Below are positions 24,457-34,590 of a DNA stretch of 64,000 nt, in pieces (positions within the stretch are counted from its first letter, which is position 1; the number at the start of each line of letters is the position of its first letter). The translations under genes were made by a program, and so were the position numbers. The notes under the pieces were generated by a model, which was not told where the DNA came from, made no database searches, and worked only from the letters and a program-made list of their open reading frames with translations. The stretch is from Terriglobia bacterium (GTDB lineage Bacteria; Acidobacteriota; Terriglobia; JAJPHL01; JAPKYU01). The stretch lies in NCBI GenBank assembly GCA_965206645.1, contig CBDBKE010000003.1, positions 544,001 to 608,000 on the forward strand, in the 5' to 3' direction.

Positions 24457-25104
24457 TTGGCCTTAAGCGAAGCTGTTCTCACTCCCGCTCCCGCCCAAAT
24501 TTCTAACCCTGCCCCAACTCCGGCAGCCTGTGAGGAACGCCCGGTGGAACGGTGTCCGCGCTGCCGAATGGTGCAGTACCTAACGGCGCTGAACCGCTGC
24601 CGTCGCTGCTATTTGTCGCTGGTCGTGCCGGTGGTGGCCCCGCCCGAGCCGCGCGTGCCCACGCGGCCTGACGTGGCCGCCGGAGTCCGGGGCTGGCGCC
24701 GCATCCGCGGGCTGACCCAGAAGCAGCTTGCGGTCGGCGCGCGCCTGCCGCGCACCTATGTCTCCCGCATCGAAAATGGCCGCATCATCCCCGGGCTGGT
24801 CACCCTGGAACGGGTCGCCAATGCGCTGAAGGTTGCCCTTCCAGCACTGCTGGCTCCCGCGCCTCCGAATGGAAGGTCTTCGGGCAACGGGAACGGACAT
24901 AGCCTGGCGCGGGGAAACGGCAATGGGAACCATCTCAACTTTGCAACACCTCCCGCAAACGGCGGTGCTGCTCCATCCTCGGCGGTGGATGCGGAGGACT
25001 GTTTCCAGGAAATCCTGCAGTCCAGCGGGTTGCTGAACGGGCCGCAGCGTATGCAAGTGCTGCTGCGCCTGCGGGAACTGGTGGCCCCTCGACTGGCTCA
25101 CTGA
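24457..25104 (+). CDS. XRE-family HTH regulator with N-terminal Cys4 zinc-finger-like motif
   Basis: CPRC..CRRC followed by GLTQKQLA..RTYVSRIENG; start uncertain (TTG 24457). Confidence 0.85.
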   Translation: MALSEAVLTPAPAQISNPAPTPAACEERPVERCPRCRMVQYLTALNRCRRCYLSLVVPVVAPPEPRVPTRPDVAAGVRGWRRIRGLTQKQLAVGARLPRTYVSRIENGRIIPGLVTLERVANALKVALPALLAPAPPNGRSSGNGNGHSLARGNGNGNHLNFATPPANGGAAPSSAVDAEDCFQEILQSSGLLNGPQRMQVLLRLRELVAPRLAH

Positions 25105-25367
25105 GCCCGACCTGATCGGGCCAGTTCGGTCACAACCCATCCCCGTCGCCAACAGGACCAGCGGCGCCAGCGGATGCCCCATAAACAGCACCAAGCGCCT
25201 TTGTCCAACTGTTTCCCGACGTTTGCCAAGCTCACGCGCACACGAAGTTCGCCCAGCCGGAAATCTCATCCGCTCCTAGCAAGTTGACTCCTGAGTGTGG
25301 TTGATAGACTCGTCGGGGAAGAAGAAGTTGCGGGAAAACCTTGGTGGCGGGTGGCGCAGTGCGCAGG

Positions 25368-25784
25368 CTACGGTGAGTGCCCGTGATCGCCTTTTCCCTC
25401 CAGCGGACAGGTCATTTTGCCGACAATCTCGTCAAAGCGGTGCCGCTGCTCCTCGTCAAAAATGTCCCGGATGCTGGTGATGCCTTCCTCCCGGATGTGA
25501 TGGGAGAAGGTGTGCAGATCGTGGTATTGCCGCAGGGTAGCATCCAGAATCGCTTCCATTTTTCGGCTCTGGGTTTCGGTGAGTTGGAGTTCTGTCTTGA
25601 TCTGCTCGATGTAGTGGGCGCGGTCGGCCTGGTCCCAGCTGGCTGCGGTGACGACGTGCCCCCGTGGGTGCAGCCAGAGGTGCTCCCGCAGATTCATGAG
25701 CAGCGCTCCGGCCACTATGCCCGCGAGGAAGACGACGGCGCTGTAGAGAATGGCACGGCTCCGGTTGGACATCTTACTCCCCAT
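25368..25784 (-). CDS. Membrane-anchored Spy/CpxP-like accessory protein
   Basis: TM VVFLAGIVAGALL, ELQLTETQ, IRDIFDEEQ; third gene of an ECF operon. Confidence 0.65.
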   Translation of the reverse strand: MGSKMSNRSRAILYSAVVFLAGIVAGALLMNLREHLWLHPRGHVVTAASWDQADRAHYIEQIKTELQLTETQSRKMEAILDATLRQYHDLHTFSHHIREEGITSIRDIFDEEQRHRFDEIVGKMTCPLEGKGDHGHSP

Positions 25785-26262
25785 GCTGCCGGCCGGCCGG
25801 GGTCAGGATGGCCAGCAGCACTCGCTCGCGGTTAACGTGAGAATCGGCCGTGAGAGCTGGAGTCTCCGCATGAATGATGGGAGCATCCTGCATCAATGCG
25901 GCCGTCGCCGTGCCGCGTTCCGTCCGGCTAAACGTGACAAAATATGTGCTCAGCAACAGCAACAGCGCCATAACAGCAAGGCCAAGCTGCTGGGTGAATG
26001 CGGGAAACAACTGCCAGAAGGGCCATATCTGGCTTTTTTCGGCCTCCACCCGGGCCTGCACCCGGGCGTAGAAACCGGGAGTCGGCGCGACCAGTTCTTT
26101 CGTCACCAGGGCCCTCATCCATTGGCGCGTTTGGCCAAGCGCCTCCAGCTCCAGACGACAACTCGGGCAGGCCTCCAGATGGGCCTCCAGCTCCCGCCGG
26201 GCCGAGGGCAGCAAACTGCCATCCAGGCTCGCTTCCAAATAAGTTCGAACTACCTTGTGCAT
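25774..26262 (-). CDS. Zinc-binding anti-sigma factor (zf-HC2)
   Basis: HLEACPSC (HxxxCxxC) plus single TM helix. Confidence 0.88.
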   Translation of the reverse strand: MHKVVRTYLEASLDGSLLPSARRELEAHLEACPSCRLELEALGQTRQWMRALVTKELVAPTPGFYARVQARVEAEKSQIWPFWQLFPAFTQQLGLAVMALLLLLSTYFVTFSRTERGTATAALMQDAPIIHAETPALTADSHVNRERVLLAILTPAGRQHGE

Positions 26263-26278
26263 TGCCTTTTCTTCCTCA

Positions 26279-26350
26279 TTTAGAAAACCACAGGCCGGCC
26301 TCTTTAGAAAACCACAGGTCGGCCCCTTCAGGAAACCAGAGGGCGGCCGT
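26279..26350. repeat. 24-bp degenerate tandem repeat, 3 copies, across the ECF sigma stop codon
   Basis: TTTAGAAAACCACAGGCCGGCCTC / TTTAGAAAACCACAGGTCGGCCCC / TTCAGGAAACCAGAGGGCGGCCGT. Confidence 0.8.
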
Positions 26351-26972
26351 CACGCAGCATTCCGGATTTCTTGGCGGCTTTCACCAATTTTTGCCGGGCC
26401 CGAAACAGCTTCACTTTAACGGTGTTCTCATTCATGGACACCATGCGGGCCAGCTCCTCGACTGCATACCCCTCCATTTCTTTCATAAACAATAAGTACC
26501 GCTCTTCCTCGGAGAGTTTGTCGAGGAGTTTCGTCACGTATTCTCGAAGTTCGGCGCGGCGATCCAGGTCTTTCGCCCGATTTCGGCCGCGGCACTCCAT
26601 GTTATCAATGCGGCGCAGGTCATTCTCTTTCAAGTCGGCTTCGAAGGTCAGTGGCCGTGCCTTTTGCTTGCGCAAGTAGTCATAGCACTCGTTCACCGTG
26701 ATCTTATAGATCCAGGTGACCAGAGCGGAGCGAAAATCAAACTTGGGCAAGGAGAAATATGTCTTGGTAAATACTTGCTGGGCAATATCTTCCGCATCAT
26801 TCCGGTTACGTACAATGCCGCGGATGATGGAGAACACCTTGGCCTGGTAGCGTTCCACGATCTCGCGGAAGGCTTCCTGATCGCCTTTTTGGGCCCGGCG
26901 GATGACCGCTACCTCGGGCTGGACCGCCGGCTGAGTGGCTACGCTAAGCCCCTGTTCCATCACCCATTCCAT
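26328..26972 (-). CDS. ECF sigma-70 family factor
   Basis: DAEDIAQQVF, TWIYKITVN, TVKVKLFRAR. Confidence 0.93.
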   Translation of the reverse strand: MEWVMEQGLSVATQPAVQPEVAVIRRAQKGDQEAFREIVERYQAKVFSIIRGIVRNRNDAEDIAQQVFTKTYFSLPKFDFRSALVTWIYKITVNECYDYLRKQKARPLTFEADLKENDLRRIDNMECRGRNRAKDLDRRAELREYVTKLLDKLSEEERYLLFMKEMEGYAVEELARMVSMNENTVKVKLFRARQKLVKAAKKSGMLRDGRPLVS

Positions 26973-27076
26973 ACACCTACACGGACGTAAGGCGACCGCG
27001 CGGCGTTACTTGAAATTAGCCCCCCTCAGTTCGATACAACAGTAACAGCCCGGCTCCCGGCACTGCCCTCTGGGGG

Positions 27077-27104
27077 CCTACTCCCACTCGCCTACTCCCA
27101 CTCG
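27077..27104. repeat. 14-bp duplication of the guaA 3' end
   Basis: CCTACTCCCACTCG twice (27077, 27091), including the stop codon. Confidence 0.85.
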
Positions 27105-28624
27105 ATGGTGCTGGGAGGTTTCGAGCTGATGTCGTACACAACTCTATTAACCCCAGGAACCTCGTTGACGATGCGGTTGGATAGGCGGCCGAGGAGGGTA
27201 GGGGGGAGAAGTACCCAGTCGGCGGTCATCCCGTCTTCGGACTGTACGCAGCGCAGGGCGATGGTGTAAGCGTAGGTCCGCTGGTCCCCCATCACTCCCA
27301 CGCTCCGCACTGGTAAAAGCACCGCAAACGATTGCCAGACCTTATCATAGAGGCCTTCCCGGCGAATCTCCTCCAACAGCACAGCGTCGGCATCCCTCAG
27401 GATAGCCAGCCGCTCCGGCGTCACTTCCCCCACGATGCGCACGGCCAAGCCTGGTCCAGGAAAGGGTTGCCGCTGCAGGACCCACTCCGGCAGGCCGAGG
27501 TCTCGGCCCACACGACGTACTTCGTCCTTAAATAGATCGCGCAGGGGTTCAATTAATTGCAGCTTCATTTCTTGCGGCAGTCCGCCGACATTGTGGTGCG
27601 TCTTGATGGTGGCCGATGGACCCTTAACTGACACTGATTCAATCACATCGGGATAGAGCGTTCCCTGAACCAGGTGTTCCACCGGACCCAGCTTGCCGGC
27701 CTCCTCTTCGAAGACGCGAATGAACTCCTCCCCGATGATGCGGCGTTTCTGCTCGGGATCGGTGACGCCGGCCAGCCGTTCCAGGAAGCGGCGCTCGGCG
27801 TCTACCCCGATCACGTTGAGCCCCAGCTCTTCCCGCAACAGTGCCAGCACGGTGGGGAACTCGTCTTTGCGCAGCAGCCCGTTGTCGACGAAGACGCAGG
27901 TCAGCCTCGCTCCAATCGCCCGGTGGACCAGCGTGGCTGCCACCGTCGAATCCACTCCTCCACTCAAGCCGCAAACTGCGTGGCTTGCCCCAACCTGCTC
28001 GGCGACCCGAGCAATCGTTTCCTCAATAAACGAGGCCGGGGTCCAATCCGGGCAGGCGCCGCAGATGTCCACGACGAAGGTGCGGAGGATCTGGGGTCCC
28101 TCAGGTGTGTGGTGGACTTCCGGGTGGAATTGAACTGCGTAGAGGCGCCGCTGCTGGTCCTCAATGGCGGCCACGGCATTCGCCGTGCGTCCGGTGGCCC
28201 GGAAACCCGGCGGCAGCGCTTCCACCTCATCACCGTGGCTATTCCAGACCATAAGTGTGGGAGGCACATGGGCCAGCAGGGCGGAGCCGTCCAGTACCTC
28301 AAGCTGGGCGCGGCCGTACTCGCGGCGCTCGGCGGGTCGCACCCGTCCGCCCAATTCGTGGACTAGCAACTGCAACCCGTAGCAGATGCCTAGCACCGGC
28401 ACCCCCAGCTCAAGGATTTGCGGCGAGCAGCGCGGTGCCCCCTCGTCAAAAACGGAACTGGGTCCCCCTGACAGAATGATGCCGCGGGGATTCATTTGCC
28501 GCAGCTTTTCGATTGGGGTGTGGAAGGGCAGGATGAGGCTGAAGACGTTTTGCTCGCGAATCCGCCGCGCGATCAGCTGGGTATACTGCGACCCAAAATC
28601 CAGAATGACGATGCTCTGGTGCAT
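27092..28624 (-). CDS. guaA: GMP synthase (glutamine-hydrolysing)
   Basis: [47 protein letters not shown]. Confidence 0.99.
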   Translation of the reverse strand: MHQSIVILDFGSQYTQLIARRIREQNVFSLILPFHTPIEKLRQMNPRGIILSGGPSSVFDEGAPRCSPQILELGVPVLGICYGLQLLVHELGGRVRPAERREYGRAQLEVLDGSALLAHVPPTLMVWNSHGDEVEALPPGFRATGRTANAVAAIEDQQRRLYAVQFHPEVHHTPEGPQILRTFVVDICGACPDWTPASFIEETIARVAEQVGASHAVCGLSGGVDSTVAATLVHRAIGARLTCVFVDNGLLRKDEFPTVLALLREELGLNVIGVDAERRFLERLAGVTDPEQKRRIIGEEFIRVFEEEAGKLGPVEHLVQGTLYPDVIESVSVKGPSATIKTHHNVGGLPQEMKLQLIEPLRDLFKDEVRRVGRDLGLPEWVLQRQPFPGPGLAVRIVGEVTPERLAILRDADAVLLEEIRREGLYDKVWQSFAVLLPVRSVGVMGDQRTYAYTIALRCVQSEDGMTADWVLLPPTLLGRLSNRIVNEVPGVNRVVYDISSKPPSTIEWE

Positions 28625-28982
28625 GAGAATGCCTAGGCCACATTGTACCTAACCTGTCTGGCTGCTCGCACCACCTGGGTCAGCGACCCAGAAACCAGGT
28701 GTTCTGCGCTTGGATGTCCGATTTGGGAGTTGGCCGCGACTTTCCTTTGGCGATGCCCTGGCGCCTTTCCCTTGACTCTGTCCTGAAGACCAGAAAAAAT
28801 CTTATCGGGACGGCTTATACGTCTCAAGGATGGGCATCAAGGAACGGGGCACCATCGGCAACAGCGATTTCCTGGAGTACACCTGGAGTAGAAGAGATGC
28901 ACGCATCCGGAGCACGGCTAACGTTGGCGATCCGCTGCCTGCCCCCATTCAGGCATAAGGGAGAATTGGAGCCAAGCGGAAG

Positions 28983-29327
28983 ATGAGCCTGTCGCGGCGG
29001 CAATTTTTCGAACGCTTCCGAGAGGTGGCCGAAGGGCCGCTCCGCTGGCGCGAACGGCGTGTCACCGAACTGCGCGAGTATGCCCTGAAGCAGATGCCCG
29101 CCGAGTGGACGCCCGAGCAGCGCGAGGAGGCCAGCCGGGCGGTGGAGCGCCGCTTGATCTACCTGAGCGACGAATCGCTGCGGACACCGGAGATGTACAA
29201 ATACGTCGTGGCCATCCTGGGCAGCAAGGAGCTTTTCTTTGAAACCACCGAGGTCTTTGAAACCACCGAGGCTGAGCAGGACTACCACCACCGCGAAGAT
29301 CCCTATTGCGAGGACTACTCCGGGTGA
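28983..29327 (+). CDS. Hypothetical protein
   Basis: 114 aa, host-like codons; begins SRRQFF without a hydrophobic h-region; internal 18-bp duplication. Confidence 0.65.
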   Translation: MSLSRRQFFERFREVAEGPLRWRERRVTELREYALKQMPAEWTPEQREEASRAVERRLIYLSDESLRTPEMYKYVVAILGSKELFFETTEVFETTEAEQDYHHREDPYCEDYSG

Positions 29328-29418
29328 GCCGCCGGCCTGGAAACCTCCGCGCGTTCCGCTAGCATCCTGAAAAGCACCCCTCCGGGCTCACGCGCCGCAG
29401 GGCTGGCCCGGTGCTAGA

Positions 29419-29970
29419 ATGCCGGCTGTGGAGCTTCCCTGGGAGCGGCCGGAAGGGGACTGGCAGTCAGTCTCACGCGCGGCGTTGGTGGGCTGGGTGG
29501 CCTTCTACGCGTTGTTCCTGCTGCACGCAGCCACCGATCGAGACGGCTTCCTGCTGATCGACAACGTCAACCTGATCATCCACGAGGGCGGCCATTTCCT
29601 TTTTGGTTGGTTTGGGTACACGATCGGCATCCTGGGCGGGACGCTCGGCGAGTTGCTGGTCCCGCTGCTGATTGCAATCTATTTCTTCTGGCATCGCCAG
29701 ACCGCGGCGTTGGCCTTCGCCGCCTTCTGGTTCTTCGAGAACTTCCCGTACATCGGCACCTACATGGCCGACGCGCGTACCCAAGTGATCCCGCTGGTGG
29801 GTACGGGTGAGCACGATTGGGAATTCTTGTTCAGCCATTGGGGTGTGCTGGGGCACGACCGCACGATCGGCGGCCTGACTCGCCGCCTCGGCTGGCTCGG
29901 CATGCTTGCCACCGTTGGCTGGCTCATCTGGATGAGCCGCCGGGTGCAACGACACGCTTCCAGTTCTTAA
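29419..29970 (+). CDS. Membrane protein with HExxH motif (M50B-like)
   Basis: IIHEGGH, GGTL, YMADA, HDW; several TM segments. Confidence 0.75.
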   Translation: MPAVELPWERPEGDWQSVSRAALVGWVAFYALFLLHAATDRDGFLLIDNVNLIIHEGGHFLFGWFGYTIGILGGTLGELLVPLLIAIYFFWHRQTAALAFAAFWFFENFPYIGTYMADARTQVIPLVGTGEHDWEFLFSHWGVLGHDRTIGGLTRRLGWLGMLATVGWLIWMSRRVQRHASSS

Positions 29971-30082
29971 CAAGTGACTTGGCTGTAACCAAAGCGGCGG
30001 CGCTGATTGCCCAACGCTCAGTCTGCAAATATACTGTTCACAGAACGGATTACTGGACCCGGGCGAAAGGGGAAAGGATCTG

Positions 30083-30769
30083 GTGACGAAAGAGCGGAGA
30101 TCCTATCAACGCAGCGGCCGAGACCGTCGCCGGCGATACATACCCGTATTGATTGAACGGCGCAGGGGAAGGAGGGATCGGCGCGACGAGACGGATCGCC
30201 GCAGGATAACTCTGAAAGATATCGTACTGCATTCGCTTGCAGGGGTGGATCCAGACCGTTTCGCTGGTCAGTTGGTGGAGCTGAAAGTGTTTCCTTCGGT
30301 TGAAGCGGCCCACCGTGCCTTGGTCCAGACGCCTGCCGTCCTGGCCCGTTACGTGGGTGACGAGACCTCCTTTGCGATCTGCTCTTCCCTGAAGGGGACC
30401 GGCGCGGATGTCGACTTGCGAAACTCCCACGTAAACTGCCGCCACTGCGCATTTCCCGTGCCTTGCGAGGGAGCGCCCGCTCGTTCGGGGACAGGTATTA
30501 CGTTCGCCTGCCCGTCCTGCCATGGCCTGACCATGCTCGACGCCCGGGACCGCAGCTTCCATCCATTACTGCGCTGCAGCGCCTGTCATTCGCTACTGAA
30601 TCTCCCAGTCAATGCCCGGGAAGGCAAGTACCGCTGCCGCTGCGGCCAGGTCCTCAGCTATAGCGGCGTGAAACTTGACATGGAACTGACTGCAGATTCC
30701 GATGAGGAACCCCCGCTTCCAGGAGCAGACAAAGAACCCAAACCTCCAGAACGTCCGCCAGAACTTTGA
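30083..30769 (+). CDS. Hypothetical protein with Arg-rich N terminus and multiple CxxC motifs
   Basis: ERR/DRR repeats; CRHC, CPSC, CSAC, CRC. Confidence 0.65.
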   Translation: MTKERRSYQRSGRDRRRRYIPVLIERRRGRRDRRDETDRRRITLKDIVLHSLAGVDPDRFAGQLVELKVFPSVEAAHRALVQTPAVLARYVGDETSFAICSSLKGTGADVDLRNSHVNCRHCAFPVPCEGAPARSGTGITFACPSCHGLTMLDARDRSFHPLLRCSACHSLLNLPVNAREGKYRCRCGQVLSYSGVKLDMELTADSDEEPPLPGADKEPKPPERPPEL

Positions 30770-30879
30770 ATGCCGGCCGGAGTGCGTTTGCTGATCGCGG
30801 CCGGCTAATGCTCTCCTACCACCAGGTGGCATCGCTGTTCCGCAGCCAGCTCCAAGGCCAGATCCAACGCTACACGACA

Positions 30880-32007
30880 CTAGCCGGGCGAAACCAGGGG
30901 AGTTTGCGAATAGGCCTGGGCGCGGCGGATGCGTTTCTCCACCGAGGGGTGGCTGTGGAAGAGGAACTCCAGTAGCGGATGGGGGCGGCGCTCGCTCAAG
31001 TTCTGAGCCGCTAGTTTCTCCATGCTGGAGATAAACGGATCAACCCGAGAGATGGCGCGCAGGGCGTAATCGTCGGCCTGCCGCTCAAAATAGCGGGAGA
31101 CGCTGTTCACCACCGGGAGCAGCACAAGCGAAAGAGCGGCGCCGACCAGCGCCAGCAGCGGCAAGTTGGCGAAATCGTCCAGGCCGAGGAAGCCGAACCG
31201 AGGCGTGAAGACACGCAAAGCCACGTCGGCCAGCCAGAACCCAGCGAAGCCGGTCGCCGCCTGAAGCGCCAGTGACTTGCCGATGTGATGATGGACGTGA
31301 TGCGCCAGCTCGTGCGCCAGGATGGACTCAATCTCCTCCGGCGAGTAGTTTTCCAGCAGAGTATCGGCCAGCAGGATGCGGCGCGTGTTGCCCCAGCCGG
31401 TCAGCGCGGCGTTGGCCTTGCGGCTCTTCGCGCTCAGCTTCCACTCGAAGATGCCGCGGACGCGCGTTCCGGCGCGGTCGCAGAGGCCGAGTAGCCGCTG
31501 GTTGATTTCCTTGTCCTGGAGCGGGCGGAACTTGTAAAACAGCGGGAACAGCAACACTGGGGCCAGGTTTGCCAGGGCTACCACGAATAGCAGGAAGACA
31601 GCCCAGGCGATCAGCCACCAGTGTTCAGGGAAGGAGCGAAGCAGGCGGTAGAGGACCTGCGTGGCCACGAGCGCCAGTGCAACACCCAGCGCGAAGCCTT
31701 TGGCTTGATCTTTCACCCAGGCCGCGCGGGTCTGGTTCGAAAGCCCGTAGCGGTGTTCCAGTACGTATCCGGAGTAATAGTCCAGCGGCAGTCCCAGGGC
31801 TTTTCCCAGCAGCGCTAGCAGCGCGGTGTAACACAGCAGGGCGACGCCGAAGTTGCGGGCCATTGCCCAGGCGAAGTCGCAAAGGACGGCTGACCAGCCC
31901 AGCAGCAGCAGCGCTGCCAGCCAGACCCAGCCGAGCAGGAAGTCGGCCAGCCGGAGGTAGCGCCGCGCGCGCTGGTAGCGCCGGGCGCGCGCCTCCTCCT
32001 TAAGCAT
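30880..32007 (-). CDS. M48 family (Ste24-like) metallopeptidase
   Basis: ANAALTG, LAHELAH, ERQAD, HSHP. Confidence 0.93.
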   Translation of the reverse strand: MLKEEARARRYQRARRYLRLADFLLGWVWLAALLLLGWSAVLCDFAWAMARNFGVALLCYTALLALLGKALGLPLDYYSGYVLEHRYGLSNQTRAAWVKDQAKGFALGVALALVATQVLYRLLRSFPEHWWLIAWAVFLLFVVALANLAPVLLFPLFYKFRPLQDKEINQRLLGLCDRAGTRVRGIFEWKLSAKSRKANAALTGWGNTRRILLADTLLENYSPEEIESILAHELAHHVHHHIGKSLALQAATGFAGFWLADVALRVFTPRFGFLGLDDFANLPLLALVGAALSLVLLPVVNSVSRYFERQADDYALRAISRVDPFISSMEKLAAQNLSERRPHPLLEFLFHSHPSVEKRIRRAQAYSQTPLVSPG

Positions 32008-33421
32008 TCCGGACCAGTTCCTCCATCTGGCTCAGGATGGCCGCCACTGCGTCGGCGGAAGGCGCTTCGGCGTAGAGCCGCAGCAGCGGCTCGGTGCCGG
32101 AGACGCGCACCAGAACCCAGGCGCCGGGTTCGAGCAGGAACTTGATGCCGTCCAGCGTTTTGACCCCTGTCACGCGGAAACCCGCAATGTTCGCGGGGGC
32201 CCGCGCCAGAGCCGCCACTGCTCGCTCTTTCTGCCCCGGCGACAGATGCAGATCCAGCCGGTTGTAAACCTGCGGCCCGTAGCGGCGGTGCAGTTCGCCC
32301 ACCAACTCGCCCAGGGTTTTGCCGCGGTCGGCCATCAGCTCGGCCAGCAGGAGGGAGACCAAAATGCCGTCGCGCTCTGGCAGGTGCCCCTTGACACCGA
32401 TGCCCCCGCTCTCCTCCCCGCCGATCAGGATGTCGCGCTCCAGCATGAGGTCACAGATGTGCTTGAAGCCGATGGGGGTCTCGTGCAGCTTCAAGCCGTG
32501 GCGCACCGCGATGCGGTCTACCATCTTGGTGGTGGAAAAGGTCTTGGCCACTTCGCCGCGCAACCCGCGCTGCTCCAGCAGGTATTCGAGCAGCAAGCTG
32601 AAGATGCGTTGGGAATCCACCATCTCCCCGGTCCGGTCAATCGCCCCCACCCGGTCGGCATCGCCGTCCAGAGCAAAGCCGGCGTCGAGGCCGTCTTCCA
32701 CGACGGCGCGCCGCAACTCCTCAACGTGCGGCTCGATGGGTTCCGGATTCAGGCCGGGGAAAAGCGGGTTCCGCACGCCATGCACTTCCCGGTTAGGAAT
32801 GCCGTGCTGCTCGAACAGCGCCGGTAGGTAGCCGCGGGAGGCGCCATACATGGGATCCACCGCCAGCCTCAGACCGGCGCTGGCGATCTTCTTCAGGTTG
32901 GCCAGTCGTGCCACGTGTTCCAGGTAGGGCGCGCGGAAATCCGCGTGACGGATATCTCCGCCGGGCTGTTGCGGCACCGGGAGGTCGATCGCGGCTTCAA
33001 TCTTGCGAACAATTTCCGGCGAAGCCGAACCTCCGTAACTCGCTTTGAATTTGACGCCGTTCCACTGCCAGGGGTTGTGGCTGGCGGTAATCATCACCGC
33101 ACCGGCCGTCTGCCAGTGGCGCACGGCGTAGGACACGGCCGGTGTCGGGGTGTGGTCGGCCGCCAGCCAGACGCGCAGGCCGGCACGGGCCAGCTCCTCG
33201 GTAGCCGCCTGCGCGAAGCGCTCCGAGCCAAAGCGCAGGTCGTAGCCGATGGCGACCCCGCGCTCCGGTTGCTCGTAACGCTGAATGTAGGCCGCGACCG
33301 CGCGCGCCACCCGGCGCACGTTGTCGGTGGTGAAATCGTCGGCGATGACGCCGCGCCACCCGTCGGTGCCGAACTTGATCCCGGCTACAGCAGCTTCTCG
33401 CGCTTGTTCTTTTCCAGCCAC
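32000..33421 (-). CDS. Phosphoglucomutase/phosphomannomutase
   Basis: FGTDGWRG, TASHNP, DGDADR, GEESGG, SGTEP. Confidence 0.95.
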   Translation of the reverse strand: MAGKEQAREAAVAGIKFGTDGWRGVIADDFTTDNVRRVARAVAAYIQRYEQPERGVAIGYDLRFGSERFAQAATEELARAGLRVWLAADHTPTPAVSYAVRHWQTAGAVMITASHNPWQWNGVKFKASYGGSASPEIVRKIEAAIDLPVPQQPGGDIRHADFRAPYLEHVARLANLKKIASAGLRLAVDPMYGASRGYLPALFEQHGIPNREVHGVRNPLFPGLNPEPIEPHVEELRRAVVEDGLDAGFALDGDADRVGAIDRTGEMVDSQRIFSLLLEYLLEQRGLRGEVAKTFSTTKMVDRIAVRHGLKLHETPIGFKHICDLMLERDILIGGEESGGIGVKGHLPERDGILVSLLLAELMADRGKTLGELVGELHRRYGPQVYNRLDLHLSPGQKERAVAALARAPANIAGFRVTGVKTLDGIKFLLEPGAWVLVRVSGTEPLLRLYAEAPSADAVAAILSQMEELVRNA

Positions 33422-34512
33422 GCCACCACCTTCGCCACGTCCTGAGCCCGATCGCGGCGCGCGATCAACAACGCGTCGCGGCAGTCTACTACCACCAAGT
33501 TTTCCACCCCGATGGCCACAACCATCTTTTTGGGCCCCTTGCTTCCCGGCACCCCCAGCACGTCCAGGTAGTTGCCCCGGGCGTCGAGCAGCCAGGCCCG
33601 GCCGCGCACCGCATTGCCGTCCTCGTCGTGTGGCAACAGCTCATAGAGGGCGTTCCAGCTCCCCACGTCATTCCAACCCATTTCGCAAGACAGGCCCACG
33701 ACCCGCCCCGCAGTTCCGGCTTTTTCCAGCACCGCGTAATCCACCGAAATGTTGTCGCACCTCGGGTAGAGGCGCGCTAGCGTTGCCGGCCGGAAATCCC
33801 CGGCGATTTCGGCCAGCGCCGCTGCAGTTCGCGGCAGGTATTGTTCCAACGCGTCCAGGATGGTTCCGGCAGACCACAGGAACATTCCGCTGTTCCAGAA
33901 GTGCCGCCCGCTGCGCAAGAAACGCCGGGCGGTCGCCATGTCCGGCTTCTCGCGGAAACGCTCGACAGGCTGGAGCCGAAGTCCGCTCGAGGGGCGGGCC
34001 ACGAACTGGATGTAGCCGTAGCCGGTTTCCGGCCAGCGCGGGCGGATGCCCAGGACCACCAGGGACCCGGCGGCAGCGGCGCGCGATGCCACCCGCAGCG
34101 CTCTATGAAACTGGACCGGGCGGGCCACGACGTGGTCGGACGGAAAAACCCCAAGCAACACCTCCCGGCCGGCCACGCGCGCAATCAATTGTGCGGCCAG
34201 GCCGATGGCCGGGGCTGTATTGCGCTGGGCAGGCTCGGCGATCACCTGCGACGGCGGGATGGCCGGAAGCTGCCGCAGGATGAGCTCACGCAGGTGCTGG
34301 TTGGTAAGGATCCAGGTGCGCCTGGGTGGGACGACCGGTTGCAGCCGCTCCAGTGTCTGCTGGATCAGGCTTCCGCGGCCCAACACGGGCAGCACCTGCT
34401 TGGCCCGATGCCGGCGGCTGAGAGGCCAGAAGCGCGTGCCCCGCCCGCCCGCCAGAATCACGGCGTGCAACGGGATTTCGGATTTCAGATTTCGGTTTGC
34501 GGATTTATTCAT
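33385..34512 (-). CDS. manC: Mannose-1-phosphate guanylyltransferase
   Basis: ILAGGRGTRFWPLSR, RNTAPA, ETGYGYI, FREKP, WNSGMF, ISVDYAVLE. Confidence 0.93.
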   Translation of the reverse strand: MNKSANRNLKSEIPLHAVILAGGRGTRFWPLSRRHRAKQVLPVLGRGSLIQQTLERLQPVVPPRRTWILTNQHLRELILRQLPAIPPSQVIAEPAQRNTAPAIGLAAQLIARVAGREVLLGVFPSDHVVARPVQFHRALRVASRAAAAGSLVVLGIRPRWPETGYGYIQFVARPSSGLRLQPVERFREKPDMATARRFLRSGRHFWNSGMFLWSAGTILDALEQYLPRTAAALAEIAGDFRPATLARLYPRCDNISVDYAVLEKAGTAGRVVGLSCEMGWNDVGSWNALYELLPHDEDGNAVRGRAWLLDARGNYLDVLGVPGSKGPKKMVVAIGVENLVVVDCRDALLIARRDRAQDVAKVVAWLEKNKREKLL

Positions 34513-34590
34513 ACACGAAGAGGGCCGAAACCATCTTCCACCACAGAGCCAGGTGAGGGCAAACAATCCCAAATCCGAAATCCAAAATTG

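Noticed and set aside
28983-29030. Tat signal peptide (SRRQFF)
   Set aside because: No hydrophobic h-region follows
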